From assembly GCF_009914755.1 (NCBI RefSeq), contig NC_060927.1: 64,000 nt of DNA; one strand, given 5' to 3'. The translations under genes were made by a program, and so were the position numbers. Position 1 is the stretch's first letter. Each line of letters starts with the position of its first letter. Positions 13,791 to 27,900 of the stretch are shown piece by piece. The notes under the pieces were generated by a model. That model saw nothing but the letters and a program-made list of their open reading frames with translations. It was not told the DNA's origin and did not search any database. The stretch comes from the human T2T-CHM13v2.0 reference genome, Homo sapiens.

Positions 13791-16700
13791 AAGACAATAT
13801 TAATCTCTCTGTACATCTCCACCAGAGTTCTTTTGTGATCATGTGCATTCTCAGTGAGCAGTAATATTTTGAAAGGAACCTTTGCTTTTCTGAAAATTGG
13901 ATCTAAAAAGTAGGCTTAACATTCAGTAAACCATTACGTAACAGATGCGCTGACATCCAGGCTGTGTTGTCCCATAGGCGAGTAGATTTATCATAAATTC
14001 TTAAGGACCCTAAGATTTTCACAACTGAGCATTTAGCTTTAACTTAATATGACAAGCTTCATTAGCTCTAATAAGAGAGTCAACCTGTTCTTTGTAGCTT
14101 TGAAGCCAGGCATTGACTTTTCCTCTTTAACTATGAAAGCTCTAGATGGCATCTACTTCCAATATTAAGCTGTTTAATCTCCATTGAAAATCTGTTGTTT
14201 AGTGGAAAGAGCTTCAATAGTAATCTCAGCTCGACCTTCTCAATAATTTGTTGAAGATTCTACACCAGCACTCGCTCCTTCACCTTGCACTTTTATGTAA
14301 TGGAGGTTTCTTTCCTTAAACCTCATGGACCAACTTCTGTTAGCTTCTAACCATTCTTCTGCAATATTCTCACCTCTCAGCCTTCACAGAATTGAAGAGA
14401 GTTAGGGACTTGCTCTGTAGTTGACTTGGCTTAAGGGAACGTTGTAGTTGGTTTGATCTTCTATTCAGACCAGTAAAATTTTCTCCACATGAATAAAAAT
14501 CTGTTTTGTATAAAGGTTCTACATAGCTTAAAGCCACAATGAGATTAAACTAAATGTTTTTGTTTAATATTTGATACTTTCATATCATTCATGTTTTCAC
14601 TGAGTAGTACTTTTAATTTCCTTCAATAACTTTTCCTTTGTATTTACAACTTGTCTGTTTGATGCAAGAGACCTAATTTTCAGTTCATCTTGGCTTTTGA
14701 CATGCCTTCCGTACTAAGCTTAATTATTTATAGCTTTGATTTAATTTGGGAGATGTGCAACTCTTCATTTCACTTGAACACTTTGAGGCAATTGTAGTGA
14801 TATTCATTGGTCTAATTTCAACATTGCTGTGTCTCAGGGAATAGGGAGGACTGATGAGAGCAAGAGAGATGGGTGAATGGCCAACAGTGGAGCAGTCAGA
14901 ATACACACAACATTTATTGAATAAGTTCACCATCTTATATGGGTCAGGTTGATGGCTTCCCAGAGCAATTGCAATAGTAACATTTAAGATCACTGATCAA
15001 AGATCGCTGTAACAGATATAATAATAATGAAAAGTTTGAAAGATTGTGAGAATTACCAAAACATGACACAAAGGCACTAAGTGAGGACATGTTACTGGAA
15101 AAATGGTGCCAATAGACTTACTTCATGCATGGTTTATGCAAATCCTCAGTTTGTGAAAAAATGTACTATCTGCAAAGCACAACAAAGTGAAGCACAATAA
15201 AAGAGGTACTTTAGTTAGCTTGATATAGAACTGAATATAAGAATTGTTATTTGGGGAAGATTTGAAATGGTCTGTGTTATATAACCTTCAATTAACCTGA
15301 ATGAGTTTTTCAAATAATCTGTTCTTATGAATTGAAACATATTTTTTCAATATTATTAATTTATTGACCACTAAAACCATTAGTTGCTTGCCAAATTGTC
15401 CATTCACAGCTATTTATAATTTCTTTATTTACCCCATTCACTGCATTTTCAGTTTCTAACTACACATAACTTTCTAATTAATATAATATTATCTCCTTAA
15501 AAAGGTACGCAAAAAACATTTTCCATCTCTATGGTTATGGCTTACATCTTTTGATACTGAAATAGGAGGATTTATGTAATACATTTCCAGACAATATTTT
15601 TTTAAATCTCATTGTGACTTTAAGTTATGTAGAACCTTGATATTTTCACAATTACTTACAGAATTATATGTCACACAAAATTTTATACCCATTATTCTGT
15701 AATAGAATATATTTATTTTGTTTATAGTTAACATATAATGTTACTATAATAGCATTTAATATAGTCACAAAGGAAAAAAACGTTTAATATTTGCTGCTGA
15801 TACAAGCACATTTTAATCTCTCTTTCCATATTACTCCAGGCTTCTTTGTTATCACTGTCCTGTAAAAAGAAGTTTGACCTATTTTCAAAAATCCACTGCA
15901 GACTGCATATGCAAATGTCATCTTTGCTGTATTATTTTCATAATCTTCAGATGCTAACACATAGGTTCTCTCACACTTTGCTGAATAAGTTGTACTATGC
16001 ATAGTATTTTAATATAATTATTTTTCATCTCATACTTACGTAGCCTAAGAGGAAGTTAAGAAAACCCAGGTACCACCAAACAAACAAAAAAAATAATTAG
16101 ATGATCTTCTCTCACAGGACAATTTTACATTATGTGTAGGCATACATCTAGTTCCTGTGAGAAACATATGCCTTCTCCTGATCTTGGATAAAGGAGAGTG
16201 TTCTAAGAATGACATAATTGACAAATACTGGTCATTGAAATGCTGGTTTTGTTTTCAAAATGGAGGGAAGCCTTGATTTTAGTTAAGGATCTCATAGTTT
16301 CCTGGGATGCTGAGGAACTTAACAAGAGCTCAAAAGCAAATACACTCAATTATAAAAGGAGAATTGATAACAAATAACTCAGAATTAAATAGCAATCCTA
16401 ATTTCAAATTCCAAAGCCCTATACTTTGGAGATGAGTGGGGTTTTGAGCAAATTTAGTCTTGAGATGATTTTTGTTACACATATTTTGTGCCTTACTCTA
16501 GAACATTCTGAACAGGTGATATTAGTTACTCTATAAATCTCTTTTCACTTACATTGAAAGTTTGAATTTAAGCCATGTTCTCTGAGGTAAAGGATCAAAG
16601 GTTTTATCTACTAAGCCACCAAACCCCTCATTTCAAGTATTTTTGAGTCCGAGTATTTCTTTGTGACAGAAGACACTCATGAGGAATTATATGCTGTGCC

Positions 16701-18089
16701 TGAGGGTGAGGAAGTACAAGAAAGACAGCCTTATTAAGAGTACATGTGCTGCAGACTGACAGATTTTGACCTTCACAATGACACAAAGGCAAAGATGAAT
16801 GCAAAAGAGCCTCACTGCTGTTGAACATTGTAACAAGACAATCTTTAGGACCTAAAAATATAAAATAAAAAAGAGAAGGAAAACTGTTTATGAATATAGG
16901 GAGAATGAAAACAAGTCTACTATTGGTTTGAGAGAAGTAGAAACTCAAAGATAGAAAACTTTAAATACTGTTGGTCAAACAAGATATTAAGGATAGAAGA
17001 AGCAAAAGGGCTGATATTGTCTAGTATTGTCTGACAAATTATTATTTCAACCGCTTTTCTCCTTTTGTAAACAGAAATGATTATTATTCTTCAAGAAGAA
17101 ATCCACTAACAGCATCCTTTTCAGGTAACTTTTTAAACTTTTTAAAATTATATTATCATTGGAAATAAACATACCAAGGCTTAAGCACCAAAGTGAAATC
17201 AGCAAAAATAGATAATAATCAGTTAATTGTACTTTAATTTTAATTAATTTTATTTGTCTTCTTTTTATTGTAATTTGTATTCTAAATTAATGCAACAGTG
17301 TTGTGAAAACAAGTTAGGAAGAACCCACCTGATGTCATATACTCTCTAGTGAGCAAACAGCATTGTGCAGTAGAATTACAACCAGAATAACTCAAACGTT
17401 TAGTTTTAAGTAAAAAATATTGTCACATGTGTCTTTTAATTTTTACTAATGAGTTGCAATAGCCTCCAGATCCTCATTAGCAGAAAGTTGTCTCCTTTTT
17501 CCTGTCTTCTCAACACTTTGCCCAAAGCATCTTGTCTCGGGTTTTGTAATACAGTCTCATCTAAAGTGGTTTAATTCTCCTTTCAAATGCCAGAGAAGAG
17601 ACAACACCAGAAAGCCCACTGGCACCCATTGCTTTTCAACCTGCCAGAGTCCTCATTAGCAGCCACCAATTACAATTACTTACAGTAATCTCTCAAAGAT
17701 ATCTTTTTATCTCAAAATTGAAAAAATATATAAATGAAAACCACCAATATAAACTAGATAAATTTAAAACATAACTAAGCTTAATTCAAAATATATATTT
17801 TAGAAATCCATAATGTTTATATTATGAAATTTCTCAAGAATGGGTTTTTTATTTTTCCATTTTTTTCATTTCCAATAATTTCAATAACATTTAAACAGAA
17901 TAATATTAAATTAGACTCTATTAAAATTTGTTAATAAAAATTTTAATTATTGAAAATCATACTAGTTAGAAGCAGGAATTAATTCTGTATAATGCCTGTA
18001 TAGAAAAATGTATGATCATTTTTACTGGCTAAATATATATCAATTATCCTGTCATAAATAAAGCAACTATCTGTAAATTTAAAAGATAT

Positions 18090-18680
18090 CGAAGGAGTTT
18101 AGAAATTGCCATGCCAAAATATGCCACTTCAGTATATTAATTATTTTTCATTGAAAGCAATCTTTCAGTGCTATTATTAAAGTTGCTACTCAATTATTTG
18201 GAAAGAGCTTGCAGGAAGAAAGAGGACTTAAATTCCACACTCACCTTGCAAAGCGAGTCTTTAAAAAAACAAACTTATGACTCTGAGAGTACCTCAAAGT
18301 CCACCCATTTTTCTTGCCAACCACAAACCCTTCCCTATTTGTCTCCAAATGTTCGTAGATAATATAAAAAGCCAGGACATAGGAACAACAATTATCTTGC
18401 ACTTAAATGAAAAAAAAAATCTTAAATAATCCCTTAGAAACCAGAGCCCTTGGAGAATAATGTTTTCCCCTTCTCTCAGATAATTCCCCATTGATTGAGA
18501 TGGTCATCTAATCCTTCACTGTATACCCAGTACCCACCATTAAACTTAAAATGGAGAATTGGGAATTGGAGTTCTTCATTGACAATGATAAAACTTTTTC
18601 TTCCATCAGTTTAGAAATTTTCTATCTGTCACTTCTAATTTCATTCAAGCTGTGGAATTCTCTGGGCAAGCACTTTATTG
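18090..18680 (+). mobile_element. Old ERV1 LTR with a MER34/MER90-type start
   Basis: GAAGGAGTTTAGAAATTGCC..CCAAAATATGCCACTT..ATTATTTT matches the conserved 5' end of this LTR group. The 3' boundary is uncertain. Confidence 0.5.
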
Positions 18681-19159
18681 CCTATATCTCAGGCTAACCC
18701 AATATCCTCAGGACCTCTCCACATCCATGCTGCCTTTTTAGCTTCAGACTTCTCACCAGCAAATATTTTAAATAGGGATTTGTCATGTAAATGTAATGCC
18801 ACTATACAATGTAATGAGGAACACATTTTTATTTCTCTGCCCTCAGACCAAACCTCAAACTTCCTGCTTTTCCTAATAGAGAACCACCTCAATTTAAAAT
18901 ACTCTAAAATCATGCAACCTTACGAGATGTTCCAGTTATTTCTTGGCCTCACATGCAAATGAGGTTGGATTGCTACTGAGTGCAGAACCCATGAACATTG
19001 TTTAAAAATGGAAAATATGTATTAATAGCTTATCTCCAATATTAAAATTCACAAAATAGTTAGAGTAAGCAGTGATATTGTCAACTTCTTCAAATTCATG
19101 TATAATATGTGAATTAATGTTAATTTGATCATATTAATACCAAATGACAGTCCTTAATA

Positions 19160-19395
19160 CAGTACTTATTACATGCTTAATGGTATGCTAAATTCTTTAA
19201 ATGGATTATCTAATGTTACTCACACAACAACTATATCAATTGATGCTACAATTAGCCCACTTTACAGATAAATTGAAATGCAGAGATATTTATACTGTGT
19301 ACCTTGACCAAATTCACAGTCAATAAATTCAATAATCATTCTTATCTCAAAATACTCTGACTAGTCTGCGTAAGCACTTAACTACCAGGCTGCAA
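19160..19395 (-). mobile_element. MIR SINE
   Basis: Antisense MIR core ATTAGCCCACTTTACAGATAAATTGAAATGCAGAGA. Confidence 0.7.
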
Positions 19396-21573
19396 CTTTA
19401 CTGGTAAAAAAAGAGGTGATGTGGATCTACAATTTCATACAGTTATTAAGAATTAATGTGTGTCATGTAACATCTATAAAAACAGCTAAAATATTATATT
19501 TAATTCTACCCTTTTACAAAGTCACTTAAACATTTAATGGTATGTAAATTTAGAAATGTATTCTGCAACAATCTGGAATAAATAATAAATTTTAGGTTAT
19601 TAGCATAAATAATCACAGAACATTTGGTATTGATAATACTTAGAAAGCCCTTCTAAACAAAGGCAAAAGAAATAAAAAAAAGTAACTGCAGTATTTCATC
19701 CATAACCAGATGGTCAGGCATAACAAATCAGGAGTATGTAAATAACAGCATTGCAAGAACACATGAAAAATGACTAGTTACTCGACATCTACTTATACGT
19801 AGATGATCCCCATGTAGACAAGACAAAAATATGTACTTTTTATTGAGACTAGTGCGGTCCCTGGAGTTGCCAGTGTCATTTTAAAGTTCATTTATATAAA
19901 GGTACGTAAACAGATGTGTGAAGAACATCTGGGTCTTGTGCTAAAATCAACTATAAAATATAGTACATATGCAATTCAAATGCACACAAAATAAAATGGG
20001 AAAATATAGTCGACTGTAAGTTACTGAACTCAGCACCATTATTCTCCATCTTGATGCCTACAGCAAGTATTTTTTTTCTATATATTAGCAAACATTCAGT
20101 AAAAAGTAATGTACAGGCTCCAAGTCAACCAATGCCTTTATAACAACAAAGTAACAATTTTAGAAAGAATACATGGGTACATTTTATATGGAGATAAGTT
20201 TAATAGAGATAGCTATATTCATCCCAACAAAAATTTTATCAAAATATTTGCTTCAAAATAAGCATTTTTGATATATTGAGGAGAGATTTTCAGCCAAAAC
20301 AGGTCACCCACAGCTAATGATATGGCTTTTTTCTTTATGCATATATTATGATTGGCAAGCTGCCGATGGGCTTGTGTAAATAATGAACAAAGCAATGAAT
20401 TTGAAAATTGTAAACCACTGGACCAAGCTGCTGTCTTAATGGCAGAATATTAACTTCCACACCTGGTCCTCATTCTGATAATCCTGAAGTATCTTTATCA
20501 GACTTATTTACATTGTTCTTTCTTAATATTTAACACTAGTCATATAAAAGAGAATTATAATACTTTAATAAAAAATAGGAAGATTAGTTTGGCTGAAGAG
20601 TCACTTGCTTCAGTAAAATTCCACTCTTTAAAAATCACTTCAATTCTTGTTCTACTTTAACTGTTTTCGTGAAATCATTTTCTCTCAGCCTTAACCATAC
20701 TACCTATATCTAGTTTATTTCTGCTGGATTATCCTAACATAACATGAACATATTTTAAGTCAGAAGCCATATCGTGTCTTCCTTTTTATCACTTCTAAAA
20801 GCAGTATGTATACAATGAGCATTCAGATTTCTCCTTTAATGGATCACCTGGTTATGTCATAACTTTAGTTATGATAAAGCAATGGTTTAATGTTCTCTGT
20901 AATACCTTCCATGTACTTTTAAACCTTAATCCCTTTTGTAGTTGTCTTTTCTAAGACAAATTATGCCACCCAATGTAATTGTACTTTTAAAAATTAATTT
21001 TAAAACAGGTGTAACTGCATTTTGCCAATATTTATTAAATCTAGGAGTTATGACTTTGCCATAAAGTTACATTTCTTCCTGTTTTCTATTAAAAAATCTA
21101 AATATTAAATAAATTAATTTTTATAGTTTTTGTATTATTTTAAACATATCTCCCGTCATTGTCATTTAACCTTTATTATATTCTTGACCTTTTCCCTCTT
21201 ATGTATAATAAAACTTTAGGTACATTTGACATTTGTAGACTATTTGGTTTAGCTTTTGTTATAAATGTTCACAATAGATTTCAAACTTTTTATTTACTTT
21301 TAAGTAAACTTAAAGGACAAATCATTTTTAATTAGAGAGACATATTTCAGATATTAATCTTATCCATCTCCTTCTTTTAACTTGTAACAAGAATGCCCCA
21401 CATATGCCATAGCTGCTGTCACTGTAACTTTCTATGCCCACGTTCGGTGCTGCTGACCATCCATCATACTCCCAGATTAGGGCCAAATTTGGCCTTAAAT
21501 TCTTTTCTGTAATGTGACTGAGAAGAGATAATCAATGAATATTATTTTTTATTTTAAACTGATGTTTATAAAA

Positions 21574-21743
21574 CAGTTTTCTAAGGAATCATCTGGAAAG
21601 CTTAGACATAAAATACATTTCTAGTCAGCTCCCTAGAAGTTTTGATTGAATATGAATGGGAATCTGTATTTTAATAAAAATCTCTAATTTATTGAAGAAG
21701 TCAGATCAACAATTATTTAAGGTCCACACTTAGGAATAGCTGG
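21574..21743. mobile_element. MER5-like hAT-Charlie relic
   Basis: GAATCATCTGGAAAGCTT..GGGAATCTGTATTTTAATAA..CCACACTTAGGAATAGCTG. Confidence 0.5.
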
Positions 21744-21846
21744 TCTGAAACATTCAAATTAATGATCATGTCTTTTTATTTTACTTATTTGTTGATATAT
21801 TTATACACTCATTTGGTTTATTATTTGGGTTTATTCATTCAAGTAA

Positions 21847-22258
21847 TGTTACAGGCTAAATGTTTATGTCCCTCCAAAATTCTCATGTTGAAATCCTAAC
21901 CCCAGTGTGACTGTATTTGGAGATGGGGCCTCAAAGGAAGTAATGAATGTTACATGAGGTCATAAGGGTGGAGCCCTCATCCTACAGGGTTAGTTTACTT
22001 ACAGAAAGAGACAGTAAAGAGCTTGCTCACTCCCTCTCTTCTCACTCACACACGCTGGAGGAAGGGCCACATGAGAACAAAGTGAGAAGGTTGCCTTTTG
22101 CTACCCAGAAAGAGAACATTCACCAGAAATCAACTATGCTGCCACCTTGATCTTGAACTTCTAGCCTCCAAACTGTTAGAAAATACCTTTCCATTGCTTA
22201 ACTCATTCAGTCAGATGTATACCACATTTTGTTAGGGTGGCCTGAGCAAACTAATATA
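21847..22258 (+). mobile_element. MLT1A1-like MaLR solo LTR
   Basis: TGTTACAGGCTAAATGTTTATGTCCCTCCAAAATTC...GCAAACTAATATA, with a perfect 5-bp TSD AGTAA (21842-21846 / 22259-22263). Confidence 0.88.
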
Positions 22259-22433
22259 AGTAACAAATTCAGTAGTAATTTCTTTCTATTATTATTTTTT
22301 TTTAATTACCCTATTTATATTAAAGCATCTTATTTCCAAAAAAAAAAAATACATTTTTCCTTCATTTGGTGGTCTGGAAAGATGAAACATATGAAACAAA
22401 ATAAAATAAAATAAAATGGAAAAAAAATGTGTC

Positions 22434-23740
<1,307 letters not shown>

Positions 23741-24499
23741 TAAAGCAAACCAGCATGGAACAAAGAAAACTGCAATTCAGCATTCTCTCCAGGTAAAGGT
23801 TAATTTTCTCCTCTGATTCTTCACAGTAAAATAGAATGTGATAATCAAGTACTAGTTTGGGAATCATAAAAATGGGGGATAATGCTATTTATTCTTCTGA
23901 TAAATATATACCACAATGCAAGTCTGTCAACATTTTCAGGTTAAATATTTTCTGTAAATGAAAAGAGCCTATTAAAATAATCATGGCTGAGGTTCTTTCC
24001 TGGACAAAACTCTGTTATACTCTTTATTATTGTACTTTGCTTCTTTGTTGTCCATAAGCAAAGAAAATCTAAAAGCATGGTAGGCTGTTGGAGTCTTTAA
24101 TATATTAAAGAGGTCTGAGTCAATCAAGTACAATATGCATTGTTTATCCTTGCATCTTGTATAAAACATGCTACTTAAAGCCTTACATTATCCAGCTTTA
24201 TCCCAGAAAAGATTGGCTCTACTAACTCATTCAGGCTTCTGTTCCTCTGCAATACCTAGATCATCTCTGATTATGATATTTCATCAATATACACCCAATT
24301 TTTGAAGCTGTATTTGCAAAAGTCATTACAATGTAGCTGAGTTTAGAAAGTGAGATTTTAATTTTCAAAATTGATGTTAGAGTAAAATGAAGAATCACAT
24401 GCTTTCTCTTAAAATGTCACATTGTGTCAAATAAAATAATGTTTTTTTAATTAAAGGATATTATTGCTATAAGAGATAATAGACAAATGTCTCTTACAG

Positions 24500-25195
24500 A
24501 TGAACCCCCTTAACTTGGGTGAAGATAATCTCCCCTCAAAAAGCTGGAACCATTCCACCCTCTCTTGAATATGTGCTCTGGTTAGTGACTGGCTTTGAAA
24601 GAGTAGAGTACAAAAAGGGGATGGGGTAAAAGGTTACCACGGTTCCAGGGGAGAAAGCTGGCAAACACTGCCTTCGACAGGTAATTGTTAGCATCATTAA
24701 TGATGAGCCCTGTTGATAACATGTATTTCCATATAATGTGCTAAATTTAGTACTTGACCCCATAGTCTTCCTCCCAAACCACATAACCCATATCTAATTA
24801 CAAGAAAAAAAGATCAGAAAAATCCCAACTGAGTGACATTGCACAAAATACCTGACCAGTACAAATTAAAACTGTCAAGGTCATCAAGAACAAGGAAATT
24901 CTGAGAAACTGGTATAGCCAAGAGGAGCCTAAGGAGACATAATGATGAAAAATAATGTGTCCTAGAAGGAATTCTGGAACATAATGAAAACAGGAGGAAA
25001 AACTAGCAAAACTGTTGTAGAAAATGGCATATGGTTAATAGCAACACACCAAATTTGGCTACTTAGTTGAGACATAGGTACCAGAAAAGTTATATAAGAT
25101 GTTGAAAAAATGAGAAACTGGTTAGGAAAATATGGGAACTTTGTACTGTCTTTGCAACTTTTCTATAAATCTAAACCTATTCTTAAAAGGTTATG
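24500..25195 (+). mobile_element. L1MC/L1MD 3'UTR fragment
   Basis: AAAACTGTCAAGGTCATCAAGAACAAGGAAA..GGAACTTTGTACTGTCTTTGCAACTTTTCTATAAATCTAAA. Confidence 0.8.
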
Positions 25196-25734
25196 AAAAT
25201 CATTAGTAGGTTAGGATTGTAATTATTTTATAGATTCATTCACTCAGCAAATATTGAATACTTGCATTTACACACACACATATAAATTTGATTCTTCTCT
25301 TAAAACCCATTGTTTATTGATATTAAGCCTATATTTTATAGTAGTAATTAATTGGATATAATAATGGTTTTTATTTTAGATAGGACAAGGGCCGTCTAGT
25401 TCACCAGAGTTCCCCCCAATCCATTTATCTCATTTGTAACCTATAATCTGAGTAAAGAGACAATATGTTAAAATAAAAGTTGTAATAAAAAATAAATAAA
25501 GCCAAGTATCATAAAAACCATAAAAGAGTGATGTCATGTGAATAAATAAATACTAACTTCTTCACATTTCAATATTCTGATTGTGTTGAATTTATTCTTC
25601 AAAGAAAGTTCATTCTCTGATATGAATAAAAGGGTGGCAGGAAGATACATGGGAATAGAGCAGGATAGACTAAGATGATAACAAGTAGAAGAGCTTGGGA
25701 ATTAGGAAGCTAGCTACAGCTAAGTCATAATAAT

Positions 25735-26402
<668 letters not shown>

Positions 26403-26629
26403 CTATTTAAAGATGAAAATACTATGGAGATATATGCGCACCCAGTGTCCTACTGGTTAACCCAGAAAATGTAACGATTTGACCTTTGATTATTCAATGA
26501 GTTTACTTTTGATTGTGATTAAAGAAAAAGAAAGCATACCTACCTACAGTGTTAATCATTTGATGTTGATTCTGGAGTACTCTGGTCAATGGCTACCTCT
26601 ATATACTTCCATTTTTAAAAATTACCTCA

Positions 26630-26800
26630 TATTTTTGGCATTGTGCTAATGGTTTTGTTTGATTCATAGTGACATTTACGGGGCCAGCATTATTATTTCC
26701 ATTTGAGAACTGAGAAAAATAAGAATGAGAGAGTTTAAATGACCTGATGAACTTGCATTTTAGAAATAAGCTTATTGTGTTCTTCACTCTACAACCTTGG
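26630..26800 (-). mobile_element. MIR fragment
   Basis: ATTATTATTTCCATTTGAGAACTGAGAAAAATAAG..AGAGAGTTTAAATGACCTG. Confidence 0.55.
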
Positions 26801-27317
26801 CTCTTTCAATCATTCAATCCAGATCTGTTTTAACACATCAAATATTTGCTAGTCACTGGAAAATGTGTTTGGGCTGCAAGATAAGACCAAAAAATGAATG
26901 AAACAAGGATATTTTTACTATAATTCAAATTATAATCTGCTGTTGTATTCTAATAATTTTAATAATCATATATATTGGGAGTTTTTTTACCACATGAATT
27001 TCCAAATTCAGATATTATAGAAATGACAATCTACTTTTAAATCCAAGACAGGATCAGATCATCTTTTCCGTGGTTGCGTCTCCTTTAGCATACAAATCTG
27101 GGTTAGTTGGCCTGTGATTGCTCAGAGATAATTGAGAAATTATAGTAATGATTTTTCAGTCAGGTAAAGAAATCACCATTTTGTTGTAAGTGAACTGGCA
27201 TTCTTTCATTTCTTATGTCATCTAGTGTATGAACAAAAAATAATATATTTGGGCAAATGTAAATACTAGTTTTGGAAAATATGTATTGAAACTACAACCT
27301 GACAACAATTTGTACCG

Positions 27318-27870
27318 TGGAAGAGGAAAAACTTATCCTCTTAGGTTCTGTAGCTGGGTCTAAAAACTAAACTAATATAGGACAGATTAAGAAGAGAAAA
27401 TAATACAAATTTTATGGAATATTTTTAAGTGCTCAGCAGAGACATCACAAGAAAAATGGAAAACAAAAGAAGCAGTTAAGACTGATAACATATATTTTTA
27501 ACAACAACAAGAAAAAAAATGGTAACTTTGTGTGGGGGTGTGAAAAGCCACATGGATTTGGTCTAGAAGCAGTAAATTCTGGGAAAGAAACCAGAAAATA
27601 TATGGAAAAACTAATGAAAGATAAAGGTTGTTTTAGTAGGTTTGTTTGTACAGATACATTTGTGTATCTATTCCTAGTGTCTGGTGATGAGAATGTGCTC
27701 TTCCTGATACAGGGTGAGCATTTTCCTAGTGGGAAATTTTATGACCTGCTTTTAGCTAGAGGGGTCAGAGACCCCTTTCCTGCATCAGCTATTTTTCAAA
27801 TGACTTCTCCTCAAAATAATCAATATTCCTAAGTATCATATTGTTTTGGGTCGTGTTCTGAACTCCTTCA
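27318..27870 (-). mobile_element. 3' LTR of a MER34-family provirus
   Basis: Minus strand reads TGAAGGAGTTCAGAAC..GATTATTTTGAG...TTTTCCTCTTCCA. Immediately preceded by the purine-rich tract AGACAGGGGAGG (27871-27882). Confidence 0.85.
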
Positions 27871-27900
27871 CCTCCCCTGTCTGAAACTTCCCAAGAAATT

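Larger units (their letters stand above)
12020..15212 (-). mobile_element. Near-full-length Tigger1 DNA transposon (pogo/Tc1-mariner), dead transposase
   Basis: Terminal-repeat-like ends CAGGCATATCTCAGAGGTATTGCAGG (12020) and GCACAATAAAAGAGGTA (about 15192-15208). ORF 12449-12718 VEIAKELELEV..QRKWFLEMEYTPGEDARNIV matches the Tigger1/TIGD1 C-terminus. About 2.4 kb after removing the nested LTR. Confidence 0.93.

Noticed and set aside
18090-18680. Possible displaced 5' LTR of the MER34-type provirus
   Set aside because: It shares only the first 70 or so nt with the 27318-27870 LTR, the bodies differ, and it lies on the wrong side in the opposite orientation.
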